Shown: positions 11,788-22,291 of the stretch, piece after piece
Numbering within the stretch: position 1 is the stretch's first letter
How the letters are laid out: every line of letters begins with the position of its first letter
Assembly (NCBI GenBank): GCA_047495785.1
Contig: JBLDXI010000019.1
Coordinates: forward strand, 1,488,001 to 1,552,000
Length of the DNA: 64,000 nucleotides
DNA from: Lepidodermella squamata
Lineage: Eukaryota > Animalia > Gastrotricha
Reading direction: 5' to 3'
The notes under the pieces: generated by a model
The model's database searches: none
What the model was told of the DNA's origin: nothing
Seen by the model: only the letters and a program-made list of their open reading frames with translations
Position numbers and translations under genes: made by a program

Positions 11788-14700
11788 TTAAAAAACCATG
11801 ATGCGTGTGAAAACCATGGTGCTTGTGCCGTCTTTTTCAACAGTTACATAACGGCCCTGAAGAGGCGGCGTGCAGTGGGCTGTTATTGCCTGGCTAGGGA
11901 TCGGGTTTGGAGCCCGCAGACCATCTGTCCAGATGTCGCATACAGCGTTTGGCGACAGCGATGTAGCGGCATCAGTGTTCCCCACTCTGAATGTAAGCCG
12001 CATCGATGCGATGTCGTTATCGGCTGGCCAACCTCCGGCGTTAGCCACAAGAACTACTTTCGAAACAAACTGGCCTACCCCTAGATCTACCTGGAGCCAC
12101 CATGCCGCCGAAAAGACTGCTGCTGCACTAGCTGGTCCCGGCTTCGTGAGGCCAATCAAATTGCTGGCACTTATCGATGAAACATTCGTTGTCACTATTT
12201 TATATGCTGCAAAATCGGTGGAGTTATCACTGTAGATCGAAATCTGGCAAATCTCCATCGGATTTCCATTCGCACCTATTACAGTGACGTAACGAGCAGT
12301 GACTGGCTTCAAGCACGGGATGGAGACCGTGCTTCCATATCGCATCTTGGGATATACGCTTGAATATACGCTTCCGCAAATTTCCTGACTGTCTACTGTA
12401 GCAGCTGTTGGCGTCGAGTTGCCAAGCCTGACACCCAGATAGTTGGAAGCCGCCGAATATTCAGGATAGCTGCAGCCTCTGAGGCCAAATCGCCCTGTAG
12501 GGAAGTTGAAGAATTCGTCGATGTAGAACCTCACAGCCTGTGTGACGATAACGGGTTTAAGATAGTTGATCATGGGATTAGGATTCAAAGCTGCATTTGG
12601 TCCATCGAAAATGCGAATCCGAGATCCGTTGTTTCTGAACGCGTAAGCAGTCCATAGATTCGCATCCAGAGAGGTCATCAGGTGGAATTTAGTGATCCAG
12701 GCAGTTTTTGCATTATTACACTGTACAAGAACGGTAGTGACGATTTTTGATCCTGGAAACTTGACTTGATAGTATAGCTCTGCATCGGATGGCAATGGAA
12801 TCCAATCGGTTGAATAATTAATTTCAGCTCTAACGGCAGTGACTTGTCCATTGCTGTTAGACGAAACCGCGTCGGAGGCGTACCAGTCAGCTAATTCTCC
12901 CCGGCAGAAGAAGTCTGAATAAATATTGACCATCAATGCAAAAGGTTTAAAGCCGAAATACAAATTACCTGGACATCCTCGCAGCATGAATCTCATGGCT
13001 ATTCCTCCTGACCAAGTTGCTGGAAAAATTCTTAGCCTCCTACCAAAGAGAGGAGGTCGGAAGTAGTTCCACACAACTGTATCTGCATCTGTATTACCAT
13101 TGAAATACTTCAATTCAACACCGCTGAATTATTTGATCGCGAAAAAAGCTTCACATAAATACCTTGATGGATGGCTCTTTCCCAGGTATGTATGACGGAA
13201 TGTACCTGAAAATTGTTGAATACACAACAACCCAGTATTTCGTGACATAATAGCCAGTGGAGTAGTCGCCTTGTGTTCCGATTGACGTCACGGTGACTGT
13301 TTCTCCTAAATCCATTTGAAAAAATTGACCTGCATCTGTAGTGGCCAGTTGTAGGCAACAAGCAACGGATCCAGGTGTGTTTGCGTCCCCAATCCATCTT
13401 CCGTTGAGGCGATGCTGGTTGAAGGAGACATTTGCGGATGATAAATAAGTTGCTGAGCCTGATACGGTGTACTTGGACGACAGATCAATTTCGCATGCAT
13501 GTCCTTGAACTACATCAATTTAGAAATTGATAAAATAGCCATGAATCTTGTTTTATGATCCAACTCACGCATGGTTGGGCCAGGACACGCGGTAGCGATT
13601 TCCGCAGCTAAATATTGATTTACAGGGCCCTGGTAAATTGCAAGGCAAGCGTAGTCGCCATTTGACCTGTAGTTGTAATACGAATCCTTTCCAAGGCAAA
13701 GCCGTGATGTGAGAGCATATTGTGAATTCACTGGCAAATTAGCAGTTGCCGTTGTAGCTCCGTCTACATAGCCGCGAAATTGCAATGCTGACATGTCCAT
13801 AGTTATCATGTGATGCTGCCACGTATTGAACGGGCTTGTCGCATTGACCGCAGTTGCTGGCTGGATTGCATTACCACCTCCATTGACTACTGCCAAAGCT
13901 TGATAGTATAAGATTCCAGGCGTTGTCAATCGTATAAGATACCATGGACTGTCTGTGTCGACATTCAAAATCGGAATGCTAACCCCACTGGCCGCCTCTC
14001 GGCTATAATAAAATACGCCAGCGGTGTAGGAAGTGGTGTTCGAGGTAGTGCCATAACCAACCAGCATATTTGCTTGCGAAGAGTAGTAAAAATTTGACCA
14101 GCTTACATTTGCATGCAAGCTCGAAGTTTCATTCGTAGAATAAGGGAACGTGGGTGCCAAAAAATAGCCATTGGACGCCGTCCATGGCATCGTATTGTCA
14201 TCGATGCCTCCTCTTCCAAACGACCCGTCCAATGGCGAGTTGAACGCAGACATCATATCCGGCGCAGATGTCAAGGGGCATCGCCTCAACGAGTAGATCT
14301 GCTTACGGGTTAGTACGGTTCCGTAGACTAGTAAACAGGCGATATCAATTCCCGGTAGACCGCCGATTCTGAATACATTGGTCGATGTTTCGAGGCTTAT
14401 CGAGCAAACCAAGTTAGCTGAAGCCACAACTTCGCCATCTAGGTATATTTGAAGATTTGGGGAGTTTGTAGGATGGTACCACAACGCAACATGGGCCCAG
14501 TTTTTCAAAATCAAACGTCTTGCCGACGTGATTGTCTGACTTACAGCTTGGTTCTGGCATTTGGCGTAAACCGTAAGATAATTATTTTGAATGCCCAGAG
14601 TAACAGTTGCATTCGTTGTAGAGTAAAACCAGCCCATGACTGTTCCGTTGTTACTGGAAGTCACGTTGAGTTGCAGTAGCACTGTGAAGGCAGACTGCAG

Positions 14701-17425
14701 GCTCAGAGCATTCGCAGGGGCTGATGTGATCGGCATCTCCAAATAGTCTCCTGTAGACTGAAAGCTCCAAGAACTGTAATAGTTTATTTATTGCCTCGGG
14801 TCCAGAGTTAGTAACTCCTCAAAACTCACGTCGAACTGAAACCGTAAATTTTCGAGCATGCAGGAGTTCCCACAGAGCTAAAGCTGGCACCGAAAGATAC
14901 CAAATCAGTCAAAGAGCAAGCTAGCGGAAATACTGCCAGAGGCTGTGGGGCTGTTATCAAATAAGTCAATAGAAATATGCAATTCAGTTTGAAAAGGACT
15001 CAACTTAGCCACGGACAAAGACTAGCTTGTTCGATCTCAGAATGATCCAGGCCTCTTTTGTAGAACTGCATGCAGGCGATTCTACCGTTCCACGCCCCGT
15101 TCATCATGAAATACTGCGAAAGTTTGAAAGCGTCGGAAGCGCAGCCGACTTGCGCGATTGCACGGTCTTGATTGTCGATGAAAATTCGTGCGATTCCAGT
15201 AGAGCAGTCAACGGTCAGGGCAAAGAAAAACCATCGGTTTTGCGGCACCACGACATTACTTTGAGGCCAAACCCATGAAGTCGAGGTGCTAGTTGAGTAG
15301 TCAACCTTGATAGCTCGATTGCTCGCAAGAATTTTAATGTTGAGCCGCATAGCCCTTAAAAAATGCAGAATTACGTATGACATATGCCTGAAGTAATGGA
15401 AATGGATAGCAAACCCGTTATTCATCATATTTTTCATCAGAAATACGTCGCTTGTGGCGGAAGTGTAAAATATCCACATAGCAAAGGTCCAGCCGTTTGA
15501 AGTGACCAAATTGTTGATGTTGGTCGTCCTAACTAAAGCATACCTATCCACGCCGCTCCATTGCAACGCCCCCATGGGCCGGCCGTCAACTCCATCACCA
15601 TATGTCAATTGGTTCGAGAAAACTGCATGGTTCCAATTCTCTGACATATCGTCTCCTCCTCGCAGAATATCGAATAGCCAGAGACCATCCGGATTGAGAG
15701 TGACAAGCGGAGTCATGGTTGGAGAAATGATCTCGACAGATGATATTGGCACGCTGGTTCCCAGGTCCACTGTTACGTAAGGACGTGCATTAGCGTTTGG
15801 AAGGATACGAGTGCAGTTCTGTATATGCTGCATGCGAATAATCCTCGGCTTCGTTAAAACCGATGGGTCAGATAATTTTGACATTGAGTTTGTATCGTAA
15901 GAGGATGCCGTGACCGCTGCATTCACTGCGATGTTTTTCAAGTAGCTAGGGATAGCTGTAAAATCAAGATTTACTTATTATTTAAAGCCTAATTTACTAC
16001 AAAAACATACTTTTACAGCCTAGCAATTCAACCCGATAACAGATCGCCGTTGAAAACGAAATAGGGACAACGTTGAAGAACTGTGCGACCACTGCAGCCG
16101 GGAATTTGATTGTAACCGGCGTGGATGGGTTTGTGTTCCCAGCAAATGCGCGATTTCCCGTTGAATCTTTGGCTTCCAACCATGCATCCGCCTCCTTGGC
16201 TTTAAACCGGATAGAAAAGCTGGTGACCCAAGCTGATAGATTTTTGCAACCTTGTACTTCGATACCAGTGACCACAGTTTGCTTTCGAAGATCGATCAGC
16301 AAGTATGAAGGGTTGTTTGTCAATGCCATTCCCCAATTAAGACGCTCGAAGAACGACGTTGCTGTTGCACCAGGTGCAATTAGTTGGCTACTGCTGATTT
16401 CGCCGTTTTCAATGCCGAGAGGATCCATGCATTCCGCAGGGCAGCCATCAAACCGAAAACTCGCGCAGTAAGACGTGCCATTAGCAACAGTCATTGTCAT
16501 TTTCAAATAGCGCAGCAATGTTGGCGTCGCGAGCTGAAATGTGACCGTTTGGCTCGGAACACCATTAATCAGCTAATTTTACATTCATTGATAAGCTTCA
16601 AGTTTGATATTTCATTTTAGATACCTTGGGTTGACCATTTCCAATTGTTAGTGGGCGATAGTAGACGTCATCAAGGCTTGAATCAACTTTGAACTGTGGA
16701 ATGCATGATGCATCCACGCATTCGTACCATAGCTGCGTGAGCCAAACGTATCTTTGCAGGTCGACTTCGAACCAGCTGCCAACTGGCGATCCTGAAGCGA
16801 AGCATGCTCGAGAGAGATGCCCGGCTGTAATCCTTCCAAAAGCAGGTACATCCGCTGGCAAGCTGACCACAGAATTCGTAGTTGTAGAGCTCGAGCTATA
16901 ACCAAGATCACTGACATAGCTCGTGTCATAGTCGAGAGTTTCGGACGGGACGTTGAAGGCATTGGAATCGGCCGCCTTTAAGCAAGCAGATCGGTCAGCT
17001 CTAATTTTGATGACATCGAAGAACCAGGCACCTTTGCAATCCTGCTTCTGAGAACGGCATTGAGATGATCTTCCAACCAAACTTTGTCCGCCGATAACGA
17101 ACGCGGTGAAGTCTGAATCATCAACAAAATTCGCCAACGTCGAACCTTCTGGCGATATTGTGAACAGAGTGCATCCCTTGATGCTTTTCTGGTGTTGAGC
17201 AGTTATACAGCGGTGGTCGTTCGTGCAAAGAGAAGCGCAAACGGATTCAGCGCTTGCAGCCGTAACCCCAGCTATAGTGAAACTGTTAAGATTAGCCAAG
17301 CCACTGCTCGATGTTGGGCTGACTTTTTTCCCGGGGTATATCCTGTAGTGAGCCCCGCCTTCGCAATAATGAGCGAAGCCAAGTAGCAACAAGATCAAAC
17401 TTGAAATGCGTGATCGTGGTGACAT
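11788..17425 (-). CDS. Large secreted multi-lectin protein, copy A (~1730 aa): SP, PAN, 2x F5/8C, F-type lectin N-half, 3x LamG/ConA-like, 2x F5/8C, F-type lectin C-half, F-type lectin-like
   Basis: Nine inferred exons: 17425-16625, 16572-16011, 15955-15415, 15354-15005, 14950-14830, 14773-13569, 13509-13163, 13107-12969 and 12914-11788. They sum to 5193 nt (divisible by 3, open frame) with 52-60-nt GT-AG introns. Signal peptide present, no TM helix. Confidence 0.8.
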
Positions 17426-17786
17426 ATTTTATGCTGTTTCACATTCGAGAATGTCTGGCATTTATTTTTTTGTCTTATTTTTTTGTCTAGAAGGCGACAG
17501 TTGCCTTCGGCGCTGCGCGAGGCGAGCCCCGTTTACAGACTCTTCCACTAAATAATTCCAAAGAGTATCCATGGCGCAACGAAGCAATTTCTATCGGGTT
17601 TGGGAGAAACAATGAAACCGCCGAACATGGCTAAGTTTGAGAATTGTAAATTATTAAGTGTTGCAACCCTATTTATTTTAAAGTAAGGCTGGGATATCGA
17701 TCTGCAGAAACAAACAGGAGCAGCACGGAAAGTCAAAAAAGCTGCATACTTAATTTTGCAAAATGTACATATACAAAATGTGCATT

Positions 17787-18250
17787 GTGAAATTGTTAAG
17801 ATTAGCCAAGCCACTGCTCGATGTTGGGCTGATTTTTTTCCCGGGGTATATCCTGTAGTGAGCCCCGCCTTCACAATAATGAGCGAGTCCAACCAGCAGG
17901 AGAATCAACCTTGAAATATGTGACCGTGCTAACAGTTTTGCTAGCTGCTGTTTCATATTCGAAAAATTTTCGGTATTTATTTTTATGCCGTCAAAAAAGA
18001 ACGGCGATTGCCCAGAGAGCTGTGCGACGTTACACTAAATAATTCCAAAGAGTTTCCATGGCGCAAGGAGGCAATTTCGATTGGGGCGCGGAGAAACAAT
18101 GAAACCGCGAAACACGGCCGTAAGTTTGAAAATTATTCATTATCAAGTACAGTAACCCTATTTATTTTAACTAAGAAAATATTGATCCTAAGAAACGCCG
18201 GTTGCACGCAGGTAAAAAATGCGGCATAATTAATTTTGCAATTTCGATGC
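17787..18250 (-). pseudogene. Orphan 5' fragment (signal-peptide exon start plus upstream region) of a more diverged lectin paralog
   Basis: 17956-17787 encodes ...SHISRLILLLVGLAHYCEGGAHYRIYPGKKISPTSSSGLANLNNFT and then breaks off. 17960-18250 aligns, with many substitutions, to the upstream region 17430-17760. Confidence 0.8.
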
Positions 18251-18860
18251 GCATTGCAAAGATAAAAGACTGCGCGACCAGGGGCGTAACCAGCTGGTTG
18301 TTTTGGTTGTTCAAATAACTACCAAAATAACAATTCGAAACCCCATCATCGGCCCAATTTCTCTATAAATGGCTCACATTGCTTATAACGTGAGGAAATG
18401 GTTGCAAAATTGCCAACAAATGTCTCGCTTCGCTCAAAATCCCGATAGTTTGTTTCCTATTGAAAATGAGTGGCTGAGCGAGCGTAGCAGAAAAGTGTGT
18501 AGCGCTGCAGAGTGAACGCAGCAGAAATCGAACCAGTTTAGTAATAACGCGTGTTTATTAGCGCTAAAAAACGTAATTCGTCGCGCTTTCATCTAATCCG
18601 CTGCGTAATCGCGTGCTATGATGCAGCAGGAGGTGCAGCAGGTAATTTGATCAAAACTAAATTTGGTGAACGAATATCATGAACGTAAGTTTCCGCTCCT
18701 TTGAAGGTGATGTACGCAATAATACTAACATTCTCAGGAAGGGGGCGAAGTAGGTTCAAGCGATGACGAGACTGACCAAGAAGGCAATATCGTGGGAGAA
18801 CACTAGCATGATTCCATTAAAATTTCTGAACACCTAGCAAGATTGCTCACCTCAGATTAC

Positions 18861-19072
18861 CTCGCATCGTACCTGGACCGCCGTATTTCCCGTGAAAACT
18901 TGCCTCCAAATGTAGGGCGCCCTCGTGAGGTTTTCAATTTTCCTATCCTTCGACTTTGAGCAGCGAAATGTTGTGCGCTCATTTATTTTCATGGTCAAGG
19001 AACCTCACGAGGGTGCCCTAAATTTGGTGGTAAGTTTTCACGGGATATACGGCGGTCCAGGTACGATGCGAG
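18861..19072. mobile_element. MITE with 72-bp terminal inverted repeats
   Basis: CTCGCATCGTACCTGGACCGCCGTAT.TCCCGTGAAAACTT...CCCTCGTGAGGTT (18861-18932) against its reverse complement at 19001-19072, with about 5 differences. Confidence 0.75.
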
Positions 19073-19811
19073 AATCCGATCGAACTGATCGATCGATAAC
19101 TGAGGGTATTCCAACTCGGAGAAGTTTCACGTCCTTGTCGAATGCAGGCGATCAGCTCTGTAAAGCATCGTCCATATCTAACATTTTTCTTGTACTTGAG
19201 ATGTGTGTGGGTGTGGAAGTGTAATCAAAGTCCAGTGTCAGTTGGTTTGTGATAGATCTACCCGATTTCTCTTGAAGTTCGCCAGCTTACAAGCAACTTA
19301 ACCAAACAACGAGGCGTCCAGAAATAATTTGGCGGTTGAGAAAATAAAATCCCGAATTTATCTTGCAATCAGTTCTTCAATTTAATCCTCAGGTCCTCAG
19401 GCCATTCCAACTGATCCCAACTGGTTGGTAGACAGTGTGACCGGTGGTTGGTCCTGTGCGTGCGAATACTGAGCGAATTTAAGTCTCTACGCCCGAATGC
19501 CACCAAGCAACCAGTGCTTGTGGCATGCTATTGCCAACTTCGGCGTGACTTGAAAATCATGTGACTTGAAAATTGTCATTTTCACCAACAACTCGACTGT
19601 CCCTCTAGCTCTGCGCGTTGGCAGTACAACCCATTTACTCGGCTTATACAATTCTGGACTCTTCGCCTAATTGGAACCCCTTGCTAATGCGACAATTCCT
19701 CCTGAACCTCACTGGAGTGAGCCGGTGACAACAGAAAGTAACCCGCTGCGCATGGAAGCGAGTGGCGCAGGCTTCTTAGGTCAGCTGTTGTCCCAATTAA
19801 TTGCTGACCCG

Positions 19812-20905
19812 CTAGTTGAGGAAGAAACTCCATGCTGGACAGTCCTTCTCCAGCATTCGGAGGCCGAAGGCGTCAGGCTGGAAGCTGGCAACGTAGGATA
19901 TGTAATCCTTCATCCCGTTATTTGCGTTGAGGCACCAGATGGCGTACCGCATCAGTTGATGCTCAAATGTGTCGCTGATTGCTTCCACGCCAGCTTCGAC
20001 GACAACACCGAAAGGGTCGCACTCGATAGGCAGATCCAGGGCAGCTTTCAAGCCGTGGGCCTGGAAGCCGAACAGACGTAGCTCGAACGACTTGGGAAGA
20101 CAATACCAGGCTGGTGAGCCGTAGGTAAGGACACTTTCAATGAGAACTTTGCTAAAACGAAGGCAGAGGTCACTAGGGACAACTTTCGTGCGGCGATGCC
20201 GCGAAAGCATGCAGCTCGTGGTTTAATTTTCGCTGATAGCCGATCAAGATGACTCTCCCACGAGAGTTTCGAAGTCAATGTGATTCCGAGGTACTTAACC
20301 TCTTTCACTTGCGGGATTCGCACACCACCAATAGACAATAGGACGGAGGGGGAGGAGGCGCCATGATGACCGATTATAATACACTCGCACTTTGTCGGGT
20401 TGAGGTCAATCCATCTAGCACACCAGGTTTCTGTCGAACGTAAGGAGACTGAAGCCGCGAAACACATTGCTCATAATGGGGCCCCCATGCCCAGTTTGCA
20501 GCGTCATCGGCATAAGTGCCGGTGCCCACGATTTTTCGACCGTCGTCGGGGTTGACTCTCAGGGGTTGCATATCTGCGCAGTAAAATATGAAAAGAAGCG
20601 GGCTCAAAGGGCTTCCCTGAGGAACACCGCATTTGATTTCCTGGGGCTCGCTCAGGTCGTCGCCGACCCGAACTTGAAAACTTCTGTCGCTGAGGAAGTT
20701 CGCCACCCAGCGCACAATTGGCTCGGGGGGCTCCAGAATCATTGAGCTTCTGCAACAAGGCGGCGTGCCGAACTGTATCGAAAGCGGCACGGAAATATAG
20801 AAATACGGCTATCAGCTTGCTATGGTTGGCCATAGCCAGGGCTGCGTCGCTAATTAGGCGAAGCAGCGGGTCCACAGCACCACGTAGGCGGCGAAAACCG
20901 TATTG
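19812..20905 (-). mobile_element. 5'-truncated, frameshifted non-LTR retrotransposon reverse transcriptase (Jockey/I-group-like)
   Basis: QYGFR, AAFDTV.H..LL.KL, FLSDRSFQVRV, GVPQGSPLSPLLF, YADD, LNPTKC, VKYLGITL, YGSPAW, distributed over four overlapping ORFs. Confidence 0.9.
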
Positions 20906-21094
20906 ATGGAGCTTGAAGAAGTTGTAAACGCATTTGTGAAAGTAAGGTAAGGTGAGTTTGAACAGATTTAACGAGCAAAGCGAGGAAATTTCCGGAAAGT
21001 TTCCATGAAAACACGTCAAAACCCCTGTCAAAATTAGAAAATGACAGCTACTTATTCTTAATTCTTGAAAATATTTTGCACACGCAGTCAAAAC

Positions 21095-21181
21095 CCTCAG
21101 CGTGCCACTTTCGGCACGCATGCCGATCAGTTTTCTTGGAGTGCCACGATTGGCACGCGTGCCAGGGTTTGAGAACCACTG
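21095..21181 (-). mobile_element. Single hAT (Charlie/Buster-like) terminus
   Basis: The minus strand reads CAGTGGTTCTCAAAC followed by GGCACGCGTGCC-type subterminal palindromes. No partner end was found. Confidence 0.55.
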
Positions 21182-21730
21182 GCTTATAATTTCATCGGGG
21201 CCTCACAGTGCCCTAATACCTGCTTCTTTTCTCCAAGTGTTTAGACGCAATTTTGGCGTCACTATGTTTGATTTTGAGGTAACTTTCACTTCGGACATCT
21301 CGTTGTCAGCTGCCGAATGACTCAAAGTTTCTGATTATTAATATATGTATCGTGGGAAGTACGCGGTTTCAAAACATCCTGGCTGCGAAAAAGTGAATTA
21401 TGATCATTCCTTTCATTTTGATCATTGAGGATAATTATTGTGAATCCGATTATTTTACTTCAATTGCCTACATATTTTCACCGCGATGGCCGGTCGAAAT
21501 GAAATGAAAATCAGCGGCGTAATTTTTTTTAAATTGTGACCTAATGAGGTAACCGTATTCGGATGCAGCAGGTAGCAAAAGGCTCCATATCCCCTTGAAA
21601 CACCTTGAAACATTAGCCGAGGAAAAAATTTCGATTCCTGCTCTACAGTCACATGACGTTCTGATGACTAAATCATGATTCATCGTTAATCCAAAAGTAA
21701 AAACCGGCTGCGCTATGTACGGGCCGATTC

Positions 21731-22079
21731 CGACTGATCGTTCGATGCTTGCCCGAGTGGATGCTGCTTGCTTTCTCGATCGAATTCACCACCATTTGCG
21801 ACTCGTCTGGTCTGTGGGTTGGAGCCGATTACCGATACAGGTAAAACGTACTTGAATCTTGCTTCAATTTCATTTTCTTTGCGATTTGTAGAGGTGCGAA
21901 ATTGCGGGCCGATTCCGGAGGTTGATAATGCCAATTTTGTGGTCAGCGGAGATCCGATGCGGGTTGGCGGTTCGTTGACTTACACGTGCAATGCCGGGTA
22001 CAGACCAGTCGGAAGCCTGACGGTGACCTGCCAATCGAATACGCTATGGACGGCAATACCTCAATGCAATCCGTTGTGA
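21731..22079 (+). pseudogene. Duplicated 3' end (part of Sushi exon 1 plus Sushi exon 2) of the FCGBP-like gene
   Basis: Matches 11198-11558. The first exon part has indels and no upstream exons. The last exon is intact (VRNCGPIPEVDN...QCNPL*). Confidence 0.85.
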
Positions 22080-22291
22080 AACAAAAATAACAAAATTCAA
22101 TGATTGATGAAAAGCTGCTCGAAAATGAAAATTGTCTCAACTTATATTTAAGCAATACCTAAATATCAATTTTATTATAGTTATGCTGTTATAAACATTG
22201 CTAATATCAATGTGTTTTATCTGCGAAATGTTTTTGTCTTAAAAGTATCAGTAATCAGCAAATTAAAATCGCAAGTTCTTATTTTAGGGGT

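Noticed and set aside
18279-18310. CAGGGGCGTAACCAG transposon-like terminus, and a 13-nt match (CTGGTTGTTTTGG) to the 28.7-kb palindrome
   Set aside because: No partner terminus was found, and the match is short and low in complexity.
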